From Negaprion brevirostris (taxonomy: Eukaryota), in contig JARDVH010000097.1 of the NCBI GenBank assembly GCA_030324005.1, positions 12,982,459 to 13,046,458 of the forward strand: a stretch of 64,000 nucleotides of DNA, read 5' to 3'. The stretch's first letter is position 1. The number at the start of each line of letters is the position of its first letter. Under the pieces are notes generated by a model. That model saw only the letters and a list, made by a program, of their open reading frames with translations. It had not been told where the DNA came from and made no database searches. A program made the position numbers and the translations under genes. Positions 41,001 to 53,000 of the stretch are shown here, piece after piece.

Positions 41001-44000
41001 CTTCTATGACTCTGACTAAGCCTTCCACCCTTGGACTTAAGGAAGGATGACTATAGCTGCACTAAAATGAAACTACGTTTTCAAAAATATGCAAGGGAAT
41101 TCACAACAGATTCCCACTTCACCCTTAGGTTTCCATTTATATCACACACCCACACTGAGACAGTTGCTATCTAGCTCAGAGTATAGCTGGCAAAACAAAA
41201 ACTATGCTGTGAGCTGCAATTTGCACTCTCCCTTAAGCTGAAGGGTTCTTCCATGACAAGTACTTTGTTTTGTTCGCCAGGTACAAGTGGGTGCGCCCAC
41301 CTGCAGACTCAATAACGTGGCTTACAGTCCAGGTCAGGTAGCTTGTTTCCCCAAACTGCTGGCTCTACTGCTATACTCCACATGGTGTCAAGCACAATCA
41401 ATACATAGTTCTCCGTAACTAGTTATCCCACACCACTTAGGTTTAGAGCATTCAGAGATAAAGGTCCAATGTTGAGAATTTTCTACCACTGTACATGTGT
41501 AAATTTACTGTATTTGAATGCAAAATATTAGTGATAGAGATTTACAATCAAAATTAGAATTTATAAAAGACACATGCATATAATATATACAAAAACACAC
41601 CAAGTCAATAAGTCTCCATCAATTTTAGCTCTTGACGCAACATAAAATTATCAGACTTTAGTAAAAATAAGCCAGATATTTTAATCAAATTCAGACGGAG
41701 TAGAACCAGAAGAACTAAAGCTCTACTAAAACAGCAAAATTATCATTCTCCTTCTCACAGACTTACCTGATCTAGGCAATTAAGCAAGTCACAAAGACAA
41801 GCCCACTGCAATCCAGGTGTAGGATAAAAAGAGTGAAAGCAGGCTGTAAACGTGTTGTGGCACTCCTGAAGAACAGCTTCTAATAGAGTTTTGGGTTGTG
41901 AATGGTAGCAATGAGGATCATTGTCAAGCCGCAGCATACAATGATCAATTCCTTCAGATAAAATTTTTCTCAGTAGAGACCGGGTCTTTCCCACACATTC
42001 TGCCAGCTTGCTCGTTTCCTCCACCACTGCTTTAGCACCAGCTGCAAGTCAAAATAAAAAAAACAAGTCAACATATTTGAATGCACTTGCCACTGAATCA
42101 AACTTGTCATGGTCATTTTGACTGAACTGAAGAATGTTGAACTCATGCTTAGATGCATACAAACTGTGAAATGCATGATCTGAAACACTACTAGATTGCA
42201 AGTGTAATTTTTTTTTAAACACACTGAAGCAAAACTGGTTTACCCATCATAAGTAAAACAAAGTCATAGTTTCGTATGAGGAAAGGCCAGACACGAATAT
42301 CTTGCTCTCACGCAAACATCACTAGTTGTTCAGTTAATTGCTGACTGTGGGTACTTCCCCAAGAACAAATGGTACAGGAAGCAATTTGCCTTGAGAAGTA
42401 AAGCAGTTGCTGCACAAAACTGGGAGAAAAATGAAATAAGATAGCAGCAAAAGAAATGCATAAAACTTTAGAAATAAGCATTCAAACTCAAAGTTAGAGT
42501 GTACATTCGGTAAAAGAGTGAGACCAGGCAGTGACCTTTCACCCAATCTCTTTAAAAGGAAGAAATTTATAGCATGACAAATATAGAAGCAGAAATTCCT
42601 AGCCAAAACGTTTCACCTTAATGGCATGGGTTACTTAAAAAAGGCAACAACTATTTCAAGGAGTATATATATCCAATATATTGATGCTTTGCACCTATCA
42701 GAGTGCCAGTTTAACCAAGTGGGGGGCACAATGGCAAAGTGATTAATGCTCTGGCCTCTCAAGGCCAGGGGCCCGAGTTTGATTCCTGGCTTGTCTGCAC
42801 ATTCTCCCCGTATCTGCATGGGTTTCTTCCTGATGCTCCAGTTTCCTTCCACAGTCCAGAAACTATGCTGTTTCGGTGCACTGGCTATGTTAAATTCTCC
42901 CTCAGTGTACCTGAATAGGCGCTGGTGTGTGGCGACTAGGGGATTTTCACAGTAACTTCATTGCAGTGTTAATGTAAGCCTACTCGTGACACTAAACAAA
43001 AAACACAAATCTGGGAACTAAGTTTGATCCTAGAATCGTTTTGTTGGCATTTTTAATTGGTTGAGTCCCTTCACTTATCAGAGCTATCAAGTCATCTAAG
43101 CATGGCTAATTGCTGCATACAAACATGATTCTCAAGCAGACTGAATGAAATACACTCTGAATCTAAGGTTGATCAGACACAAGGCCTTCACTTTACAATT
43201 CTAAGATCCACTTAAAGTAGTGAAAGGCACATCTTGATCAATTAATTTTAGTAACATAATTAATATTTTATTGGAATGTCACAAATTTAATGTGAAGTAT
43301 TTTCTGGGCCAACAGTACCTGATATAGGGTATATCTCACAGATGTAGACACGTAGCAGTCGCAGGCAACAAGTACCAACAAATTTCAGTCGTTCCAAGTC
43401 CAGAAGAGTGGCTGTATATTGAAAGCCTTTTAAGCCCTGCAACTCCTCCACTCCCAATACCAGCGTTGTCCAACTCCACTGCAGAATGCTCAGCAATGAT
43501 TCAAAACATTCCTACATTTAGAATTGAAGTATTGATATATTTAATGAAATGGTCGTGCAGCGCAGCATATGTTTACACAAACCTGGTTCTGCACATGCAC
43601 AAGTTTTCTTTTTAGAATGAATTTATAACACCCATCACTATTCTGGTGCCAGCATTTTTTTTTCCAAGCAAACACCCAATGAAGTATACAAATGATAAGA
43701 TTAATGCAACAGAAATTGGAGTATTTTCCAGCAAACCTTCCTTTAGCTAACAATCTTAAAGGCATTTTGTTACAACAGATTTCAGGCCTCTGAAGGACTG
43801 AGATTTTGTAGGCTAAACTTATATTGTTAATTTTGCTTCAAAACATGACTTGTCATGGTAAATCCACGTCAAAATGGCACTCCCCATTTTCCTCCCAAAC
43901 AGTAATCGCTCTCAAATATATTTCAACAAGTGTAAGTGAAATGATGGATCCAGGATATTCAGCAATGGGGCAGGTGTGGGTGAAACTGTTACAGAATGGA

Positions 44001-47000
44001 CAGAAGCAAGGGGACTTGAAAACTCCCCTATCAACATGCCAAACAAAGCAAACTGAGTCCATCACTAGCAGTTCACTTGCCATACAAATTTAAGGGCAAG
44101 TAAATCAGTCATCCTGAGTAACAGAAATCGAGGGTAGGGTTTTCTGCCCCTCCCATGACATGTTTTGCGACAGCAGAGACAGCCCGCTATTTGCCAATGG
44201 TGGGATCGTCTGATTTTAGATCTGTCAACAAGGTTCTGTATCTGCCATGGCCAGGGAACTGACAACTGTGTGTCACCGCCAATGGGACCAGAAGATCATT
44301 GCTATCTGGATATTGGCCTCGATGATTATTTGCAGGTTGAATGAATGTAGTAAGATCTTGATTTTAGAAAGGAGTTCAATGCATACTTGCCTTTCTCAAT
44401 TTTACACATTTAAAATTATTTATTCTACCAATTTCAACCAAATAATCCTGAAACAATTTAAATTTTGATCAGTCAGCTACAAACAAAAACTGCATGTGCC
44501 ACTCCAGCAACAAAACTGCAGCTTGAAACTTTTAAGTTGATATAGAAATCTCACATAGATCAGAATTCATTTATGTATTATAGAGAACTGAAAATTTTTA
44601 TTCAAATTTGTTCACTCACCACTGAGACAGTCCTTGCAAAAGATCGCCTCAAAATATGTACCGGTTCGCTGGGTTGCTGCTTTCCTTTTCCAGAGCTTCC
44701 ATCATTTGATGGTAACCTACATCCAAGACAATTAAATTCAATGCAATTCTTGCGAGTGAATCACCCAAATTATAACTGCAACAACAATAAAAAGAATATG
44801 CTTCTCCCAGCAGGTTATTTATGATTAATCAAAAACTGCTTTGGTAATAACCAACCTGTACAGCAACTGTGGTATCTGGCCTGCATTCACATCTGTCCCA
44901 TTGTTCGACTTCTTAGAACTTTTAAACTGAAAAACAACACTGAAACAAGAACACGTATATTTAAAACACTGCCTTCAGCTTTTATTTGCTGCTTTGTTGA
45001 CTAAGCTATTATTATATAAGGTGGAACGGTGTTAGCACTGCTGCCTCACACTGCCAGAGACCCGGGTTCAATTCCCAGCTTGGGTCACTGTCATTGTGGA
45101 GTGTGCACATTCTTCCAGTGTCAGCGTGGGTTTCTTCCAGGTGCTCAGGTTTCCTCCAACAGTCCAAAGATACGTGGGTTAGGTGGATTGGCCATGCTAA
45201 ATTGCCCCTTAGAGTCAGGGGGACTAGCTGGGGTAATGGGGATAGGGTTTGGTGGGATTATGGTCGATGCAGACATGATGGGCCGAATGGTCTCCTTCCG
45301 CACTATAAGATTCTATGATTTTGATTTCATCTTCCTGACCCAAATTTGGTTCAGTCAGATCATATAGGATGCAAGTCCAATAAAGATGTGTTTTGCTCAA
45401 ATCCAAGTGGTCTCAACTTTACTTCCATTTGGAAACCAGTCCACAGCACTAACTCACTAAACAGCAAAGCAATGGCTGACATGGAAAATGGAACTATTCA
45501 CACAGTTTAATTTTGAAGTGCACTTTGGCAAAGTAGAGGGAGTTACTAACTTTGATTCTGGCTGCAACATACTGAAGCTTGGGCAGTTTGATGTGAAGAA
45601 TGAACGTAAAGTGTAATGAAAATCTTTACCAACAAGCAGAAATGACAAAGAATCTTACCCATCATCAGTGGTGATAGACGCCTGACCGTGGGATCCACAA
45701 TCACTACTGGGCCCTGAAACTCGAGCCCAAGCCACATACCACCAACCAGCCTGCAACACCACAGGTTCATCAAACATCATTGCATATTTCTCTCTGAAAA
45801 ATACAAACAGCGTGTGAACAGAATTCAGTATGAAACATATTCTTTATTTTGTGAAACTGGTTGATCTCCTCTGGCAAAGCTCATAGAAGTATATGCTTTC
45901 ACGTTAAGCAGAGTTGGTGGAGGGGGAATAAATGGATAATACTGCACAGAACTCATTCATTCCTTCCACATTTTTAGTTATTAGCTGTGCACACAGCAAT
46001 TTGGGAAGCAGGAAGACAGAATTGGTTGTAACAAAAATTTCTTTACGACGCATACCAAGGAGCTGACATGCAAAATTGAAGTGCTTTAGCTCTATTACTG
46101 GCAAGCAGCTGCATTTACAGAAAGTGCACATTTATATAAGAAGCTAGAATTACAAAAGGTGGACAGATTTATAGTAGCAACAAAGACTTGGCAGAAATTA
46201 CATAACATTCAAACATTTTAATATATTTCAGACAGACGCTTCTGTTCAACATGAAACTCAAGAAATCTAAAAAATATAGTTTGGAACCCATATCACAAAT
46301 GCATGACAGAGCTGAATAGTAAAAAGAAAAACTTACACAGAAAGCAAGCTAACCATTTAACCAAACTATAAACTATATAAGCATTTTGTTACACTCAAGT
46401 TAATGTGATACTATCACCAAGCACTCTAGATCCAATGCATTCTTTATTATTACCAAATTGTTCAATTGACGTTTTATGGCACCCCATGTGAAGTATCAGG
46501 GTGATTTGCAAAAAGGAAAAGAGGTTGCTCTTATGTTTCTAGATTGTCCTTGTTATTCAAGCTTTGTCCAGTTTCTGAATTTTAGAAAACTGTAGGCAAG
46601 TTGGCACAGCTGCCTCACAACACCAGGGACCCAGGTTCAATTCCAGCCTTGGGTCACTGTCTATGTGGAGTTTGCACATTCTCCCTGTGGCTGCTTGGGT
46701 TTACTCCGGTTTCCTCCCACAGTCCAAAGATATGCAGGTTAGGTGGACTGGCCGTGCTACATTGCCCCTCAGTGACAGGGAGATTAACAGGGTAAATGTG
46801 TGGGGTTATGGAGATGGGGCTTGGGTTGGATTGTCGTTAGTTCAGGCTCAATGGGCCAAATGGCCTCTTTCTGCACTGTAGGGACACTCTGATTCTATAA
46901 GAAGTTATGGCAGCCTATGCTTCTAAGAAATTATCAATACCAGAGCAAACATTGTTAATTTTAGCTATCAAAATTATGCCTCAAAGGATCTTGTAAGTGG

Positions 47001-50000
47001 CTGTGCTCTGTTGCATCAATCATAGAACAGATTCATAGAATCCTTACAGTGCAGAAGAGGTCATTCAGCCCATCAAGTATGCACCAGCTGTCTAACAAAG
47101 TATTTTATCCAGGCCCTCTCCCCAACTCTACTCCTGTAACCCTGTGCCACCATGTCGCCCAGTTAAGTTTAATTGATTCAACTAAGTTTACAAATCATGA
47201 ATAATCTCAACACAAACACGTTAGTACAGTAGAAAGCCTTCTTTACTCAAAATGAAGAAGTTGCAAGTTAGCACTAAGCTGTTCTGTAAATAACACCTTT
47301 TTAAAAAATTTACACTGCCCTTTCCTGGTCATTTTTACCAACAATTAAAGTTAATCAAGTCTATTATAAGTTTTTCAATCAGCTCAATGTGGCCTCCAGC
47401 AAACTCTCCAAACACATTTTACGTCCCTCATTTAGGTCTGCTTCTTTCAATAATAAGTCATATCCATAGCTAAAGCAATTATGAAATCAATGGCTTGGCT
47501 CCTCTCTGAAATCAGTTACCATAGAAACAGCCACAAATCTTATAGCATCGAGTAGTTCAGGTCAAGAATGAGAAGGAGGCTTTTTAAACATGTTATGCAT
47601 TATGATGGAATTAAAGGAAGACAAAACTGTTTTGATTTGTCAAGTGCACAGTAAGCCAGAAGCAAAAGGGATTTTGAAGAAGGCAGAGATAAAAAAAATA
47701 CATTCAAAGATATGCCTGGCACCAGGGAGGAAAACACCATGGCAAACTGTTTTTGAAAAAAAGAGCGACTGAGACAGCAGAGACCGTGTGGCTGAAGTAT
47801 TAACTTCTATCGGTGTCCTGGCATGAGGCAATGCAGTATTTCATAATCAGAAGAATAAGAATTGACATGTGGTTGGGACAATATTTTTCAAAAAGGTGGA
47901 CTAAGGCAATCGGGGAGCTGATAATAAGTAGAAGGATATTGAAATTCAATTTGCTGGAACACAAGCAGCTCATTGGGAACAGAAGCTTTCTAATCAACCA
48001 AAATCTGTGAAAGAGGGCAGTGTAAAATGCATTTGATAAAACTAATCAATTACTGAGATGAAGGTAATGAAAATATAGAATCATGGAATAGAATCATATC
48101 ACTAGCAGCGTCCAGTAAATTGTTTCTGTTCACTGCATACGATATTGATTTAGATATAGGGCTAAACGGAGCGGTGTCTAAATCTGCAGAATGTAGCAAA
48201 TAGGAAGCAAAGTAAATAATTATGTGGAACGCAAAGGAAGCTTTAAAAAGGATATTAATAAATCGGCAAAGCACACATAAAATATACAATTCAGCATCAG
48301 TAAATAGGTGGTGATACAGTTTGGTAAAATAAATTAACAATTATATGTTAAATTGGGGAACCGATGAAGTGAAAGATCTAAGGATTTGGAGATTCTGGTT
48401 CTGAAGACCTCACAGCTGAGAGGATTAAAGTATGATTTCAAAGAAGTGTTTACTATGAAGCAATTAGGCAGAGTAGATAGGAACAGTTTCCAGGAATTGA
48501 GGAACAAGATTCAAGATTAAATACAAAAGATTTAGGATATAGATAGGAATTTCCCTCTTTTATACAGATTCAAAACGGTATTGATTGTTGAGGCAGAGAC
48601 TATGTCAGTATTTATGAATTTAGGTAGTTGAAGGAAGTGGGAAATACCAGGATTTGAAAACCATTACGTGGAGATGCTGGTGTCGGACTAGGGTAAGCAC
48701 AGTAAGAAGTCTCTCAACAGCACGTTAAAATCCAACAGGTTTATTTGGTAGCACAAGCTTTCAGAGCACTGCTCTTTCACCTGATGAAGGGGCAGTGCTC
48801 CGAAAGCTCATGCTACCAAATAAACCTACTGGATTTTAAACAGGTGTTGAGAGACTTCTTACTGAGGATATGAAAAGAGAGCAGACACTTTGGATTAGGA
48901 CTAAAATTCAAGTGGAACATCAGTGCAACTAGCTGGGTCAAACTTTGTCCATATAATTATTTCTCTTAATAGCTGGTACATTTAAAAATTGGACAGAAAG
49001 AAATGAGAAAGAGCAAAAGACTGCATCAGCTTTACAACAGGTAGGACCTCTTACTATCAATTCTATTTTGATATGAATGTGTGAACTAGGAACTAATTCA
49101 CTAATGGTATTCCAAAATTCAAGGGAATTATGTCACTGGTTGTCAAACTAGGTTGACAAATTTAAAGTTCTGCAAATATAGATTAACACGTACCTTGCAG
49201 CACAATCATATGCCAGGACATCAGTTTCTGCCAGCAGGTCACCATCAGTTTCATGATCTCCTCCATCAGGTCCAAGCTCAAATAACTAGTTTGAGGAAAA
49301 GAAAAACAGGTTCAATAGTTTATATTTAAGTTTAGGCTGCTGTTACTTGTTTAAAAAACATTATTGTGGCTTCTATGTTAAGTCACCATGTGACATGTCT
49401 GAACAGGCAACTGGATCTGATGTTTCCCCTACTTTCTTAGGTGACTCAATAAATCCAAACTGTCAACACCAGATAAAAAAGATGCTTTCTGCTACTTACA
49501 CTATATTTGTATTAATCCAGCACTAGCATTCTGTGCCAAAATTTTGTACAGTTGTTATTCTTTTAATGAGAATCCTAACGAAGAATATACCTAATCTAAG
49601 AGGGCCATTGACAAGGACAGCATTTACTATCCAGCTCTAATTGAATCACTGCACTTCATGTGGTGTAGGGATTCACAGTGCCATTAGGGAGCGAGTTCCA
49701 AGATTTGACCCAACAACAGTGGACGGAACTGCAATATAGCACCAAACTGGGTTACTGTGCAAGATGCAGGGAAACTTGCAGATGGCAGTGCTCCCATCAA
49801 TCTGCTGCCCTTGTCCTTCTGGTAAACGGAGGTTAAAGGTAATGTCGAAGGAGCCGTGGTGAACTGCAGCAGTACATCTTGTCGATGGTAAATATGGCTG
49901 TCACTGTTTGCCAGTTGTGGAGGAATGACTGTTTAAGGACTGCAGCTTTGTCCTGGATGGTGTTGAGCTTCGAGTGTTACTGAAGCTGCACTCATCCAAA

Positions 50001-53000
50001 CAAGTGGAGCACATTCCAACACACTCTTGAACTTATCCCTGTTGCAAAGAAATATGATTGTTTTCAATTATTTTCTTTGTTGGTTAATTCACCTTTATTT
50101 TTGCTGTGTATTCACCTCTGCCACCAAACAGACCAAGACCTCCAAGTAATATATCTGTGTCAGCACAAAAGCGAATGGCTTCCACAGAATGAGCAGAATA
50201 CCCCCAGCCACCTCCATGGCCTAAACATTAACAGCAGACAGGAACATAGTTAATACAAATTGTTTCTCAAAAACTAAAGCAATTTAATGAAATAAATATA
50301 TATAAACCTACTTTCAAATCTATTGACCACACTATAGTCTTCTTTGGAATATACTTTAGTGACTGCTTGGATCTCCTCTTCTGTATTAGTGACTCCCATT
50401 TTCAGATCCTGCATAACAGCTAATGTATCCAAACAACCTGTTTTAATATTTGAAAAGTGTTATTCAGGAAAATCCAAATACTTCACAGCAGATAATACAT
50501 AATCAGAGCTCAACACTACTTTCATTTCCGCCACACACAAATGCACAATTAGAAGACATTCACTCATAACAGTGCTAAATTAAGTAATTATAAGCTCTGG
50601 GATTTCACATAAGCTGAATGCTCACATATCAGCGTTAAAGACCCAGTTTCACTGAATAAAAATCTAAGGAAAATGGATCAAATATACTTCAAGTAAAATG
50701 TGAAAATTTTCAGCAATCAGCTCTGGAACATAAATTAAGCTAGCTGTTTGGTTTGATTAGTAGAGGTGTCACTGGGGAGAATGCACCAGTTAACTGTCGA
50801 CTGACAGTTAACTGCCAAGTTTTGTTTAAATTAAAACCAGATGGATCATGACATTGCCCTGGGGAATGAACTAGAGAATGGCTGTCGCCTTGTTTGTTCA
50901 GTTGAAACAGGTGTCATGGACATACATGTTCTTTCTGTCTGCATTAATATATGGAGCCATCAGTACAGGAAATTGCACCACACTGCGAGCCTGACCGAGA
51001 ATCTTAAATTGGTTGTTTAGCAAATACTGTTTAATGGTGCAATCATATCTAATGCTGGACACGGTTTGAACTTTTGCAAGCATGAGCTGGCTGGATATGG
51101 TCAGTACTTTGCCTGTTGCAAATAGCCAACAGGACCTGCTGTTTAATATAACCTGCCAGCCTTTGGCATGTGCGGCCTACATAATTACCATCACACTGTC
51201 AGTGAAATTCATACATCATATGATTCATTTGTGCGAGGGGCAAAATATAGGCAGTTTCCTCTTACTAGTCTAACCACATGTGTTGCTACTGCATAGCATT
51301 AAATGGATAACTTCACCTGCTGCTCAAATACTTGAGATACCCTACCCTTCCAGAGTAGGGAGATAAACTGGGCACTTTTCAAGATAGAAGGTGGCAGGCT
51401 TAAGCCCATTCATGAGTTTATGAATGCAAATGGAACAACGAGCAGTACTCTTGGCAATAAACACAGTATGGGAAGGAAACTCAAGGTACAATATGATACC
51501 CAAGGAATAACCTGAGTGCTCAGATATAATCCAGAATAAAGGGATACGAGCACTGGCAAAAACTGAAGAGAACAGCTTTGATTTTGAAGCAAAGGCAAAT
51601 GTAAATCGTCCAGTATTCACATTTAGCAGTCATACAGCTAGTAATAAAATATCGCAAGTTTTGGTATTGCTGGTCGGAATAGATGCTGCAATGGATCACA
51701 GCATCATATTTGTGGATTCTGATCTTTGGTGTAAATAACACAGGTGATGCAGAGAGGGTTTTAAATGAAGAAGCCTGGACCAGAAATAGAGCCCTGAAGA
51801 ACGGTCACTTGGACAAGGAACAATTACTGCCTTCAAAGCAAGTATTCCAAAGCAAGCAAATGTCATTAAAAGAACAAGTGAATAAAATAGGTTAAATCAA
51901 AAATACAATCCCATAAAATCCCATGAAGAATATCATTTTAATACTCAACACCTTCCTAAAATTGTTGCTGTAAGTCTGACGAAAAGATTCAATATATGGT
52001 ACTGGTAGTTTCCCGTATAACATCAGCAAAGTTTATTATAGTGAATCGCATACTTACGATGTTTTTGTTTATATATGAGTGCCTGACACATCAGGTTGTA
52101 AATAACAATGACCAACAACATCATGGGTGCTTCAACGTTAAAAGAACTTGGCAAAGTCTTTGAATGACTAGATCTCATTGCATTGCTTCTGAATTAACTT
52201 GCATACTTGTAATTATCCACAAATTCATACCTAGAATGTGCAAAGCCCCATGAGACCTGGTGGTATTTGCTTTAGATCCTGTTGGTAAAGCAAGTTCAGG
52301 GCTCAATATACTACATCTGCTCTGCATATCTGGTGATGTAGGAAGCCTGGCATCTGCTGTAACTGCATTGTAACACCAAACTTCCTTTGCACCGGGTATA
52401 AACCTGTGGAGAGAAAGAGAAGAGCCCGTTGATGTATGAAATTAAAGAGTAAATGTGACTCAGTATCACATGCCCCATTTCTTTTTTAATTAGTGTTACA
52501 TTTACGAATAGGCCATTCTGCTTTGAAAGCCTGCTTATAATTTAATTCATTTATAGTTGATCTGTATTCAATTTATTCACCATTGTTAAATATCCTACAA
52601 TATCTTTGCCAAACAAAAACTTAATCAAAATGAGTCATTAAAATTTCTATTAACTGAACATCCATAGCCTCTACTCAAAGGTAGTTTGGGTGTTTAACTA
52701 CCTTTGCAACAAGATTAGTGGTTTATGCGTAAACCAGAAGTATTCAGATATTATCATAAATTCAGGAATCCGTCAACTGGATATTTGAAATACAACTAAA
52801 AATGGTTACTGACAATGGAGTTCTCCATTCACTTGGAAATCTGCTAATAAACCTGCTGTACATTCATCATTTTTTGAAAAAACAAATTAAGGACTCCGTA
52901 AAATTGGGATGATCAAATTGGGTGGCACAGTGGCTAGCGTTGCCACTTCACAGTATGCAGGACCTGGGTTCAATTCGAGTCTTGGGTGATTGTGGGGAGT

